From: Vicinamibacterales bacterium
GTDB lineage: Bacteria > Acidobacteriota > Vicinamibacteria > Vicinamibacterales > UBA2999
Reading direction: 5' to 3'
Length of the DNA stretch: 64,000 nt
NCBI GenBank assembly: GCA_030680175.1
Contig: JAUXWO010000064.1
Location: 71,949 to 135,948 of the forward strand
Numbering within the stretch: position 1 is the stretch's first letter; the number at the start of each line of letters is the position of its first letter. The position numbers were made by a program, and so were the translations under genes. The notes under the pieces were generated by a model. It searched no databases. It was not told where the DNA came from and saw only the letters and a list, made by a program, of their open reading frames with translations. Positions 17,870 to 26,148 of this stretch are shown here, one piece after another.

Positions 17870-19203
17870 GAGTCACCGTCCTTCCAACTCTCGAACCGGG
17901 TCTGCTGACTGATGAACCGCAGCTTCACCAACCCCGTCGGGCCGTTGCGCTGCTTAGCCAGCATCAGCTCGGCGAGGCCAGGGTCCGTCGGTTCCCGCTC
18001 GTAGTACTCCGGGCGATGCAGCAGCAGCACGACGTCGGCGTCCTGCTCGAGGGCACCCGACTCCCGCAGGTCTGAGAGCTGCGGCCGCTTGTCGGCGCGC
18101 GCCTCGTTCGCTCGCGACAACTGCGCCAGCGCCACGAGCGGCACCTGCAACTCCTTCGCGATCTGCTTCAGGATGCGGCTGGTCTGCGCCACCTCCTGCT
18201 GACGGTTCTCCGCATCCAAGCCCTTGCCGTCCAGTAGCTGCAGGTAGTCCACCACGAGCAACACCAGGTGATGCGTGGACGCGAGACGCCGAGCACGCGA
18301 CCGCAACTGCTCGGGTCCCATGATCGGGCTGTCGTCGATGGCGAAGCCGCCACGCGCAATCTCGCCGAGCGCCGGCGTGAGCCGCTCGTATTCGCCCGAC
18401 CCGAGCCGTCCCGTCAGGAGGCTGAAGTTGTTGATCCTGGCCTGCAACGCAGCCGCCCGCAGGCCGATCTCCTGTCGCCCCATCTCGACGCTGACGAACC
18501 CCACGGTGCCGTGACGCGCCGCCTCGAGCGCGATCTGCAGCGCGAAGCTCGTCTTACCCATCGACGGCCGCGCAGCGACGATGATGAGGTTCCCGGGCTG
18601 GAGCCCACGCGTCATGCCGTCGAGCTTGCCGAAGCCCGTCGCGAGACCGGTGATGTACTGCTGCCCGTCAGCCAGACGCTGAATCGTCTGGAACGTCTCC
18701 CGCATGAACTGCTCGGCGTGCACGTAGCCCTCGCTCGTGCGACCACGACTCAGGTCCAGCAGCAGCCGCTCGGCCTCCGTGATGATTGCCTCGCCGCCCT
18801 CGACCGCGTCGTAGCCGAGGGCCATCAACCTGTTCGCGACGAAGATAACCTGCCGGCACAGCCACCGGTCACGCACCAGCGCCGCGTAGTGCCCGGTGTT
18901 CACACCGCGTGGCACGCCGTCCATGAGCGCCGCCAGATACGCCGGGCCGCCCACGTCCTCGAGCGTGCCCGCCCGCCGCAGGTGCTCGGCCAGCAGCATC
19001 AGGTCGATGGGGTCGCCCCGACGGTCGACCTCGATCATTGCCGCGTAAATGTTCAGATGCGCCGCGCGATAGAACATCTCCGGGCGTAGCAGCTCGGTCG
19101 CCTCGGCGAGCTGCGCCTGGTCCACCATCACAGCGCCCAGGACCGCGCGCTCGGCGTCCAGGTGGTGCGGCAGTGTGCGCGACTCGCTCATGACGGCACC
19201 CAC
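17866..19203 (-). CDS. dnaB: Replicative DNA helicase DnaB
   Basis: 445 aa; PHHLDAERAVLGAVM N-terminus, Walker A GNLIIVAARPSMGKTSFAL, and …ALAQLSRANEARADKRPQLSDLRESGALEQDADVV. Confidence 0.95.
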   Translation of the reverse strand: MGAVMSESRTLPHHLDAERAVLGAVMVDQAQLAEATELLRPEMFYRAAHLNIYAAMIEVDRRGDPIDLMLLAEHLRRAGTLEDVGGPAYLAALMDGVPRGVNTGHYAALVRDRWLCRQVIFVANRLMALGYDAVEGGEAIITEAERLLLDLSRGRTSEGYVHAEQFMRETFQTIQRLADGQQYITGLATGFGKLDGMTRGLQPGNLIIVAARPSMGKTSFALQIALEAARHGTVGFVSVEMGRQEIGLRAAALQARINNFSLLTGRLGSGEYERLTPALGEIARGGFAIDDSPIMGPEQLRSRARRLASTHHLVLLVVDYLQLLDGKGLDAENRQQEVAQTSRILKQIAKELQVPLVALAQLSRANEARADKRPQLSDLRESGALEQDADVVLLLHRPEYYEREPTDPGLAELMLAKQRNGPTGLVKLRFISQQTRFESWKDGDS

Positions 19204-20087
19204 CCCAGCTCCTCGAGGAGCGCGTCGGTCTCCGCGGCGTCAGGGATGGCCCGACCCGCCGGCGCCGGAGCCACGCCCGCACGGCGGCCGCCGGCGCGGC
19301 CAGGCGGCCCCGTGGACGCCGTCGCCCGGGTCTGGTCCCATCGGTCGCGCCAGTAGACGAACGCATCGCTCGAGCCCACGTAACCGACCGGAGGCACATC
19401 CGCCCGCGCCCACGCGATGACGTCCTCGACGGCGCGCTCGAGCGGCACGCCCGCCAGGCGCTCGGCGAGCTGCTCGGGCATCGACGACGGCATGCACACG
19501 CGGACGGTCGGGTCGCGCCAACGGCAGACCTCCGGGTGGTGGGACGCATGCAGCTTGCGCTGCTGCCGGTCGTAGCTCAGGGACTCGCCCTTGGCGACCA
19601 GCGGCATCCGGGCCGTTGTCGCCGCTCGCGCGCGCGGTGGGTGGGTACTGGATGTACAGGATGTATTAGGTGTCACCAGTGACACCGGTGGCGGTGTCAC
19701 GGATGACACCGGTGTCATTCTGCTACCGGTGTCATCCTGACACCGGGTGGTGTCATCCTGACACCGGTCCGGCTCGCACGCCGGCGGTTCCTGCTGGACC
19801 TGCTCGGGACCAGACCCCGAGGGCTCATATGGACGCATCGGGAGCGTGTAGTAGTTCGAGCGGCCGTCGGCTCGCTTGACAACCAGCTCGCCGAGTTCCT
19901 CGAGCCGCGCCACCGACCGCAGGATCGTGCTCTTCGACAGCCGGGTCTTCTTCGCGATCGTCAGGACGCTCGGCCAGGCATCGACCCCCTCGTCACTGGC
20001 GCGGTCTGCGATCGCCAGCAAGACCAGCCGATCCGCGCCGACCGACCGCGATTCCTTCCACACCCACGACATCACGACTACGCTCAT
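19188..20087 (-). CDS. Phage replication initiator (winged-helix, O/DnaD-like)
   Basis: Trimmed to ATG 20087 (ATGA overlap with the HD gene stop). N-terminal MSWVWKESRSVGADRLVLLAIADRASDEGVDAWPSVLTIAKKTRLSKSTILRSVARLEELGELV is a wHTH; the gene sits directly upstream of dnaB and contains an iteron cluster. Confidence 0.65.
   Translation of the reverse strand: MSVVVMSWVWKESRSVGADRLVLLAIADRASDEGVDAWPSVLTIAKKTRLSKSTILRSVARLEELGELVVKRADGRSNYYTLPMRPYEPSGSGPEQVQQEPPACEPDRCQDDTTRCQDDTGSRMTPVSSVTPPPVSLVTPNTSCTSSTHPPRARAATTARMPLVAKGESLSYDRQQRKLHASHHPEVCRWRDPTVRVCMPSSMPEQLAERLAGVPLERAVEDVIAWARADVPPVGYVGSSDAFVYWRDRWDQTRATASTGPPGRAGGRRAGVAPAPAGRAIPDAAETDALLEELGWVPS
19669..19767. repeat. Iteron cluster: four inverted repeats GGTGTCA(N2-4)TGACACC plus half-sites, putative phage ori
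   Basis: 19669-19686 GGTGTCACcaGTGACACC; 19693-19710 GGTGTCAcggaTGACACC; 19728-19744 and 19749-19765 GGTGTCAtccTGACACC; half-site at 19711-19717; all inside the initiator gene linker. Confidence 0.65.
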
Positions 20088-20683
20088 CCGACCACGCCCC
20101 CCGATTCGACCGCCACGCGCCCGCCCACGCCACCTTCGTCCGACGCTCGATACAACCCAGCGAACCGCCGAAGAAACGCCCGCTCGGCCTCCTCGGCCGA
20201 CCACGGCACCACTCGAAACGACGGGCGCCCCCGCATCCCACGACACGACTCCGGCCAGTCCGGATGCAGCGGCCCGAGCAGGTCCTGCGCCTCGGCCGCC
20301 AGCATTCGCCGGTCCGCCTCGTGCACGCTCGCCGGCTGGGGTCCGCACAGCCCGAACCGGTGGTAGATCACCCGCTGCAGGTGCGCCTCGCACGCTCGAT
20401 AGCCCGCAAACGGCGCCAGGCGCTTCAACGGCGACGGCACGTCGACGAGGTAGGCCTCGCTGGCGTCGTGCAGCAGCCCCCACAGCGCGTCCTCTACCGG
20501 CACGAGCTGCGACACGTGCACGGAGTGCTGCGCGACCGAATACGCCAGCCTGGTGTGCCCGGTGAAGCGGTTCGACAACGCCAGAGCGTGCGCGATGTCC
20601 TCGATCGCGATGTCCTCACGCCGGGGCGCCAAGGGAAACACCTGGCGCCCGGTGTAGGTCTGAATCCAGCCGCTACGACTCAC
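20084..20683 (-). CDS. HD-domain phosphohydrolase (YfbR-like nucleotidase type)
   Basis: 199 aa; RFTGHTRLAYSVAQHSVHV…GLLHDASEAYLVDVPSP gives the H…HD…D signature. Confidence 0.75.
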   Translation of the reverse strand: MSRSGWIQTYTGRQVFPLAPRREDIAIEDIAHALALSNRFTGHTRLAYSVAQHSVHVSQLVPVEDALWGLLHDASEAYLVDVPSPLKRLAPFAGYRACEAHLQRVIYHRFGLCGPQPASVHEADRRMLAAEAQDLLGPLHPDWPESCRGMRGRPSFRVVPWSAEEAERAFLRRFAGLYRASDEGGVGGRVAVESGGVVG

Positions 20684-20892
20684 CGGGCACCCTCTCTCGT
20701 GGCGCGCAACCGTCGACCGACGTAGCGGGCCCGACCCTGGCGGACCCGGTCGGTCCGGTAGCTCCGGCCCGTGGTGAGCCGGTAGACGAACTGGAACGCC
20801 CGCTGGCGACAGGCCGCCGAGCAGTAGTCACCTTCGCTGGGGTGCGGACAGCGGGTCGTCGAGCCCGGGGCGGGGGCGAGACAGCGCCTCAT
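20680..20892 (-). CDS. Hypothetical small Cys-containing protein
   Basis: 70 aa, ATGA-coupled at both ends; the CPHPSEGDYCSAACRQRAF motif resembles small YCSxxCR zinc-binding proteins. Confidence 0.35.
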   Translation of the reverse strand: MRRCLAPAPGSTTRCPHPSEGDYCSAACRQRAFQFVYRLTTGRSYRTDRVRQGRARYVGRRLRATREGAR

Positions 20893-21341
20893 CGTGGCAC
20901 CGCCATGAACTCGCGCACGCGCGCCGTCACCGCGTCGTCAGGCACCCAGAGCTGCTGATACCCTCGGCACGGGATGGGCTCAGGCAGGCGCCGCACGCCC
21001 TCCAGCACCCAGCACCAGGGCCCACGCGCGTGCTCGTGGGTGCGCAGCAGCACGCACTTCGCCGGCCAACTCGCGTTGAGCGCCAGGCACTCGACGAGCC
21101 GCGCCACGGCGACGACGGCGCCGAACGCCATCGCCTCCAGCGGGAACCCGTAGACCCTCTCCTCGGGCTTACCCCATCCGAAGAGGTCTTCCCTCGACCG
21201 ACTGGCGTGGATCAGCAGCGCGCCCCGATAACTCGTGGACCACGTCCGGTTCTCGATCGGCTTGTCGCCGCGCGCGATCAACTCGGCCCACGGCTGGTGA
21301 ATGGTCAACGCTTTCATCCGGCCCCCAACGACATCACTCAT
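20889..21341 (-). CDS. ASCH (PUA-like) domain protein
   Basis: MKALTIHQPWAELIARGDKPIENRTW is the canonical ASCH N-terminus. Confidence 0.75.
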   Translation of the reverse strand: MSDVVGGRMKALTIHQPWAELIARGDKPIENRTWSTSYRGALLIHASRSREDLFGWGKPEERVYGFPLEAMAFGAVVAVARLVECLALNASWPAKCVLLRTHEHARGPWCWVLEGVRRLPEPIPCRGYQQLWVPDDAVTARVREFMAVPR

Positions 21342-21495
21342 CCCGCGCTGCTCCCGACACCTTCAACGCCACCGGACTGGCGCTCATCCGCTCGACGTGG
21401 CCCTCCGCGGTCCGGGTCATCCCGTCGCGTGGGGCCGTCACCCACCAGGACGCATCGCCAGTCGCCGGGGCCGGCTTCTTCGGCGCCTGGCGCAA
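21334..21495 (-). CDS. Hypothetical small protein (frame not in ORF track; alternative to listed 21338..21526)
   Basis: Frame with TTG 21495 (GGAAGG 8 nt upstream) reads …RQAPKKPAPATGDASWWVTAPRDGMTRTAEGHVERMSASPVALKVSGAARDE. Its third positions are visibly more G/C-rich than those of the listed 62-aa frame. Confidence 0.3.
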   Translation of the reverse strand: MRQAPKKPAPATGDASWWVTAPRDGMTRTAEGHVERMSASPVALKVSGAARDE

Positions 21496-21530
21496 CGGCA
21501 AGGCCTTCCGCGGCCGCGGGGTGCATCCGC

Positions 21531-21917
21531 CTAGACGAGCGCGATCCGACGCGACGTGGTCTCGCCCGTCACCTTCACGCGCTTCTGCGCCTTCAGCTCG
21601 CCGATCGCCTTCGTCAGCAGGTAGCGCGACAGCGTCGTCCGAGCCATGAGGCCCAACATCGACACCGGCCCGTCCTTCAGCGCCGCCAGCACCGTTTCGT
21701 GGCTGTCCGACGACGCTTCGGTAGGGCGGGCACTCTTCGACTCCCTCGCCGCCTTCGTCCGCTTCGGGGCCCGGGGCGCCGAACGCCGTACCTTCGCCGG
21801 CCGCGCGGATGCCGGCGGGGCCGCGGACAGCGCCCGGAGGGCGTCGATCGCAATGCCCAACTGGGCGCGCTTGTCCTCGAGCGTCGCGATGATCGCGCCG
21901 TAGTCAGTCGTCTCCAT
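21531..21917 (-). CDS. Hypothetical protein with C-terminal winged-helix-like region
   Basis: 128 aa; basic low-complexity middle; C-terminal ETVLAALKDGPVSMLGLMARTTLSRYLLTKAIGELKAQKRVKV. Confidence 0.45.
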   Translation of the reverse strand: METTDYGAIIATLEDKRAQLGIAIDALRALSAAPPASARPAKVRRSAPRAPKRTKAARESKSARPTEASSDSHETVLAALKDGPVSMLGLMARTTLSRYLLTKAIGELKAQKRVKVTGETTSRRIALV

Positions 21918-21937
21918 ATGGGTCCTCTCTCCTTCGC

Positions 21938-22153
21938 CTACCAGGCCACCAGGTGCGGCGCCGCATCGGCTCCGAGCCAGCGCCGCACCCGCGCGGCTTC
22001 ACGTTGGCAACCGGACCGCGCGCACACCTCGGCGAGGGCCGCGAGCTCCTCACGCGTCGGCGACACGCCGCCCGCGTCGATCGCCTCGGCCAGCGCCTGC
22101 ACCGCGAGCTGCAGACGCCGGCGCACACTCTGGTCGGACGGCAACACCGTCAC
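21938..22153 (-). CDS. Hypothetical phage protein
   Basis: 71-aa ORF, ATGA overlap with the ParB-like gene stop. Confidence 0.4.
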   Translation of the reverse strand: MTVLPSDQSVRRRLQLAVQALAEAIDAGGVSPTREELAALAEVCARSGCQREAARVRRWLGADAAPHLVAW

Positions 22154-23832
22154 CGCTTCACTCTCCGACGCGTCGTCTTCTTCGCGGATGCCCCCTTGGC
22201 CGACTTCGCGGCCTTGGACGCGACCTTCGCAGGCGATGCCTTCTTCTTGGCAGGCGCCGGCGTCTCGGCCGGCAGGTGCTTCACACGGATCGCCTGGAAC
22301 GGCTTCGGCTTCAGACCGAACGGCACGACCACGTCCTTCAGGAACTCCTCGAATGAATCAGCGCGTTCACAGAAGGACAGCACCCCCATCACGAGCAGCG
22401 CCGCCGCGGGCTTCTGATGCCACGACGAGGCGCCAAGGGCCGCGACCGCGTCTCTCACGAGCATCTCGTAGACCGTGGACAGCTTCGCCGCCTGCGTCTT
22501 CGTGATAGACGTCGCGCCCTTCAGCTGACTGACAGCCTCGTCGGTCAGGTCGTCCCGCATGGCGTACCACGCCGCGCGCTTGCGTTCCGCTGCTTCGACC
22601 TCGGCCCGGCGCGCGGCCTCATCGACGACCTCACGCTGTGCCGCCTGGCCGCCCTTCCCCTGCGCCCGCAGCTTCGCGCTCTTCTCGCGGGCCTTGATCT
22701 CCTGCGCCCAGTGGACCTGACACTTGTCCTTGGCGATGCAGACCTGCATGGTGGTGCCGTAGCCGCGGCCGGCGACGAACACCCCGAGCACGCCGTGCTC
22801 ACACACGGGCGCCGAGTCAGACGACCCGTCCGCGCGGTGCCACGACTGAGCGCCGAACGTGCGCTCACCGCCCGGGTCGCGCGCGTCATCGTCGACCCGG
22901 TATTCCTGCGTGATCGAGACAACCTTCTTCCCGCGCCCAGGCACCGCCTTGGCGGCTTCCACCACGGCCTGCACAGGCCCGAAGTCGAGCGGCGCCGCCT
23001 GCGCCATGTGCTGCACGTCGAAGCGCACGTGATACGCGATCCACGCCTCGAGCTCCTTGACCGTGACCGGCTTCAGCCGCGGCCACCCGGCCCGCGCCAG
23101 CTCGAGGAGCTGCGCGTCGATGCCGTCGGGCCCGGCATCCTCATTGAAGCCGTCGAGCGCGTCCACGTCGTCGCAGTCGTCGGGGTCCTCGCCGAAGTCG
23201 AGCGTCTCGCCCGTGCGCGCCCAGAGACCACCACGACCGCGATGGTCGGGTGGCGCGAGCGCGCGCCGCTGGTCCTCGGGCTTGAGCTTGGCCAACAGCT
23301 CGGCATGGCCCACCAGGATCTTCTCGGCCTCGAGCGCGAGTGCCGCCGGCGGGATGAGCTCGAGCAGCTTCATGCGGTCCCACACGTACCGCTCGCTGCG
23401 GCTGATGCGGTCCGCGATGTACGCCGCCGAGTAGCGCGAGGGGTTGCTGGCGAGCAACGCCTGGTAGCCGCGCGCCTCCTCAAGGGGCGTCAGGTCCTGG
23501 CGCTGGATAGCCGAGAGCAACTGGATCTCGATGACCTCGCCGTCGCTCAGCTCGTCGCGGAAGATCACCGGGATCGAAGACAAGCCGACGCGGGCGGCCG
23601 CACGGTAGCGGCGCTCACCGTCGATCACTTCGATGTAGTCGGAGCGGCGCCGGGCCAGCAGCGGCACGATCACGCCGTGCTGCCGGATGTTCGCCTCGAG
23701 GTCCGTCATCGAGCCGGCATCGAACCGCTTCCGCGGGTTCAACGGCGACGGGCGAAGCGCCTCGATCGCGACCCGCTTCGTCTCAATCGCCTCGCCCAGC
23801 GCGGGCGCGTCGCTCATCATCGTGGCTGCCAT
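22150..23832 (-). CDS. ParB/Srx-like nuclease-domain protein with long C-terminal region and Lys-rich tail
   Basis: Trimmed to ATG 23832; IEALRPSPLNPRKRF…IVPLLARRRSDYIEVIDGERRYRAA…IQLLSAIQRQDLTPLEEARGY is a ParB N-terminal domain; the C-terminus ends KKKASPAKVASKAAKSAKGASAKKTTRRRVKR. Confidence 0.8.
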   Translation of the reverse strand: MAATMMSDAPALGEAIETKRVAIEALRPSPLNPRKRFDAGSMTDLEANIRQHGVIVPLLARRRSDYIEVIDGERRYRAAARVGLSSIPVIFRDELSDGEVIEIQLLSAIQRQDLTPLEEARGYQALLASNPSRYSAAYIADRISRSERYVWDRMKLLELIPPAALALEAEKILVGHAELLAKLKPEDQRRALAPPDHRGRGGLWARTGETLDFGEDPDDCDDVDALDGFNEDAGPDGIDAQLLELARAGWPRLKPVTVKELEAWIAYHVRFDVQHMAQAAPLDFGPVQAVVEAAKAVPGRGKKVVSITQEYRVDDDARDPGGERTFGAQSWHRADGSSDSAPVCEHGVLGVFVAGRGYGTTMQVCIAKDKCQVHWAQEIKAREKSAKLRAQGKGGQAAQREVVDEAARRAEVEAAERKRAAWYAMRDDLTDEAVSQLKGATSITKTQAAKLSTVYEMLVRDAVAALGASSWHQKPAAALLVMGVLSFCERADSFEEFLKDVVVPFGLKPKPFQAIRVKHLPAETPAPAKKKASPAKVASKAAKSAKGASAKKTTRRRVKR

Positions 23833-23869
23833 GTGTTTCGTCCCCCCCCCTTTTGAAGTGATTTCCGGT

Positions 23870-24136
23870 CTACGCCCGCGGCGCCACGGCAGGCCCCGGG
23901 TGCAGGGCGCGGCGCGCGAGGAGGATGTCGTTCGATGCCACGAGGACCTCGTGCGCGAGCTGACGCTCCCCGACATCCCAGAGCGTGGACATCGCACGCT
24001 GCAGGTACGCCTGCGCCTCACGAAGACGGCGATCCTTCTCGGGGGCCGTCATCCCCTGGCCCGCTTCGCGCGTGCCACACGCCCCCGTCGACAACGTCGC
24101 GGGTGCATCCGTCGGCCGATCGCACTCGTTCATCAC
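23870..24136 (-). CDS. Hypothetical phage protein
   Basis: 88-aa ORF; the start overlaps the stop of the preceding tiny ORF; internal ATG 24052 is also possible. Confidence 0.35.
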   Translation of the reverse strand: MMNECDRPTDAPATLSTGACGTREAGQGMTAPEKDRRLREAQAYLQRAMSTLWDVGERQLAHEVLVASNDILLARRALHPGPAVAPRA

Positions 24137-24267
24137 TCACACCCCTCGCGACTGTCAGGCTGCGCCATCAGGCAGCGCGTCGACGTGAACAAGCCCAACG
24201 CCATGAGCGCCGTCGCGACGCGCAGCGGCACCGTCTCACCACGGTCTGTGGGCCACCAGATCCGCAT
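24133..24267 (-). CDS. Tiny membrane protein (44 aa)
   Basis: Below ORF-track length as an independent gene. The ATG at 24267 shares 1 nt with the stop of 24267..24584. It reads MRIWWPTDRGETVPLRVATALMALGLFTSTRCLMAQPDSREGCE with high G/C third positions. Confidence 0.4.
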   Translation of the reverse strand: MRIWWPTDRGETVPLRVATALMALGLFTSTRCLMAQPDSREGCE

Positions 24268-24584
24268 CACCGCGCTCCGGCCCGCGCGAGCCCGAGCAGG
24301 CGCTCCACCTCGCGCGCGTGGCCCGTGCACAGCACCCGGCCGGGCAGCAGCTCCGTCACGCCCGGCTGGTCGCACCCGCCCGTCTGACACCGCGGCGGCG
24401 CGGCCGGCGCGGACTCGGTCAGCCGCTCGAGCTGCGCGCGCGTCTCGAACAGGTCCTGGAGCGTCCCAAACGTCGGCTCGATGCCGGCGCGGTGCATCCG
24501 CTCCACGCGTCCGAGCTGCGTCACCAGCAGCCGCGCGGTGTCGAACAGCAAGGTGTCGCGCGCCGGCGTCACGGAATCCATCAC
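24267..24584 (-). CDS. Hypothetical phage protein
   Basis: 105 aa, strongly G/C-biased third positions; no family recognised. Confidence 0.45.
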   Translation of the reverse strand: MMDSVTPARDTLLFDTARLLVTQLGRVERMHRAGIEPTFGTLQDLFETRAQLERLTESAPAAPPRCQTGGCDQPGVTELLPGRVLCTGHAREVERLLGLARAGAR

Positions 24585-24612
24585 TCACTCCTCCTTCCAG
24601 GTCCCACACGGG

Positions 24613-24918
24613 TCATCGCCGGGCCGCGCGCTGCTTGAACCGCGCCGTCGCGTCAATCGGTGGCGCGGCCGGCTTCGGCCGGCGTCGACGACGACGCGCG
24701 TCACGTGCGGCCGCCTCGCGCCGAATCTCTTCCGGCTTCCACGTCCCGCGGTCGGCGCGCGGATACCGGCGCCAGCACCGCGGGCATTCCCACGCCGGCG
24801 TCCCGTCGTCTAGCGACGCGAAGCGCGGGTCGGGGTCGTGGTGGCCGCGGCGGCACAACACGACGTAGAGCCCTCCGAGGGTCAGCGTGTTCACCAGCGC
24901 CAGCAGGGCCGCCCTCAT
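24613..24918 (-). CDS. Hypothetical membrane-anchored protein with CxxC pair
   Basis: 101 aa; N-terminal TM (ALLALVNTLTLGGLYVVL), then WECPRCW, then an Arg-rich tail. Confidence 0.4.
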   Translation of the reverse strand: MRAALLALVNTLTLGGLYVVLCRRGHHDPDPRFASLDDGTPAWECPRCWRRYPRADRGTWKPEEIRREAAARDARRRRRRPKPAAPPIDATARFKQRAARR

Positions 24919-25208
24919 CGGTCCCTCGCGACCCAGCGGCCCGGCGAGGCCTCGGCGCGCAGCGTCGCCGCCCGCAACGCCAGCAGCCGTCGACGTTCGC
25001 GCTCCTCACGCTCCCGGCCGGCCGCGAACGCGCGCACCTGCCGGCGTGTCCGCCAGTGGCGCCACGCGCGCCGGAGACGCCGGATGCTCGCGAGCGCCAG
25101 CGCCGCGAAGACGAAGAGCCCGAGCAGGCCGTAGCACGCCAGGACCACCGCCAACGCCCGGTCGTTGGTCGCCGCCGTCCACACCCGCAGGAAGAGTTCG
25201 CCGTGCAT
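24915..25208 (-). CDS. Hypothetical membrane protein
   Basis: 97 aa; TM segment LAVVLACYGLLGLFVFAALALA; GGAG SD upstream; ATGA overlap downstream. Confidence 0.4.
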   Translation of the reverse strand: MHGELFLRVWTAATNDRALAVVLACYGLLGLFVFAALALASIRRLRRAWRHWRTRRQVRAFAAGREREERERRRLLALRAATLRAEASPGRWVARDR

Positions 25209-25212
25209 GCGC

Positions 25213-25320
25213 CTACTCCTCTCGCCCGGCGCGGATCTCGCGCCGAATCTCCCCCATCTGCCACACCGTCACCAGCCCCGCGGCCGCCGCCAACACGAGG
25301 TAGCCGAGCACCACGGACAT
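25213..25320 (-). CDS. Tiny membrane protein (35 aa)
   Basis: Unlisted; ATG 25320 lies 4 nt after the upstream stop; reads MSVVLGYLVLAAAAGLVTVWQMGEIRREIRAGREE. Confidence 0.35.
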   Translation of the reverse strand: MSVVLGYLVLAAAAGLVTVWQMGEIRREIRAGREE

Positions 25321-25324
25321 CGGC

Positions 25325-25594
25325 TTACGCCGGCACCGCGCGCGAGGGCTGCGGATTCGGCCCCGCCCAGTTCGCACGGCTGTTGTCGAGCCGCAGCGGT
25401 TTCCCGTCGACGAGCTCGAGCCGCTGGTCGTCGAACCACTGCGGACTCTTCGTCTCGCCGTCGCCGTCCTTCACCGGGGCCTGCACCCCGTACGTGTCGC
25501 ACCCCGTGAGGTGCTGACAGCGCGAAATGACGACGCCCGTGAATCCCGTCACCCGGTCGCGCACCTTCACGCCCATCGCGAACTTGAATGTCAT
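25325..25594 (-). CDS. Hypothetical conserved-looking phage protein
   Basis: Trimmed to ATG 25594 (AAGGGGGG SD 6 nt upstream): MTFKFAMGVKVRDRVTGFTGVVISRCQHLTGCDTYGVQ…. An in-frame upstream TM-like stretch lacks a canonical start. Confidence 0.5.
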   Translation of the reverse strand: MTFKFAMGVKVRDRVTGFTGVVISRCQHLTGCDTYGVQAPVKDGDGETKSPQWFDDQRLELVDGKPLRLDNSRANWAGPNPQPSRAVPA

Positions 25595-25739
25595 GTCGCC
25601 CCCCTTGGATCCGAGCCAGTTACGAATTGCGGTGAACATCACGCGGTTCACATGAAGCGCCGCGAGCAGAAGCGCACAGAAGAGCGCCAAGCCAGCGCCG
25701 GCGATCGCGATCGCGACGAGAGACTCCAGAGCTCTCGCG

Positions 25740-26009
25740 TCACGGCAGTTCCGCCTCGCGCGCCACCCGCTCTGCACACGCCGTGCAGCACCCGTGCGAC
25801 ACCGGCCCGTCCGGGGCGCCCGGCTTGAGCTCCACGCCGCACCAGGCGCACACCGCCGGCCCAACCACCGGTGTCGCGCGCGCGATCACGCGGCGCGTCG
25901 CCCGGTTCGACAGCGCGCGGTCGAGCGCCTGGCGCAGCACGTCGACGGCCTCGCCGTCGGACAGCTCACGTCCCTCATCCGCTGACAGGGCGCACGGGTC
26001 GTTCGCCAT
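25740..26009 (-). CDS. Hypothetical protein with C-terminal zinc-ribbon-like motif
   Basis: Trimmed to ATG 26009; contains CAWCGVELKPGAPDGPVSHGCCTAC. Confidence 0.4.
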   Translation of the reverse strand: MANDPCALSADEGRELSDGEAVDVLRQALDRALSNRATRRVIARATPVVGPAVCAWCGVELKPGAPDGPVSHGCCTACAERVAREAELP

Positions 26010-26148
26010 TACAGGCACCGGTCCGAACTCTTGAAGCGCGGCCGGCCCAGCACCAACAACAGAGCCGCGCACGACGGAGGTTGACTTTTGTCCTCTGACA
26101 GGCAGACTTCCGAGACGCGACGAGGCCCGACAGAGCACAGGGGCACCA

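Noticed and set aside
21338-21526. Listed 62-aa minus-strand ORF between the wHTH gene and the ASCH gene
   Set aside because: Its third-codon positions are noticeably less G/C-biased than the overlapping unlisted frame (21334..21495). One small gene probably exists here, but the listed frame is the less likely one; neither is certain.
24133-24609. Listed 158-aa ORF as a single gene
   Set aside because: Most of it is an Arg/Ala-rich frame overlapping the better-supported 24267..24584 gene. Only its last 44 codons, after an internal ATG coupled to that gene's stop, look coding.
25595-25739. In-frame TM-like extension (ESLVAIAIAGAGLALFCALLLAALHV…) upstream of the 25325..25594 gene
   Set aside because: No ATG or GTG precedes the hydrophobic segment; the only in-frame TTG falls inside it and a CTG lies just upstream. 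The internal ATG 25594 has a strong SD. A non-canonical start cannot be excluded.
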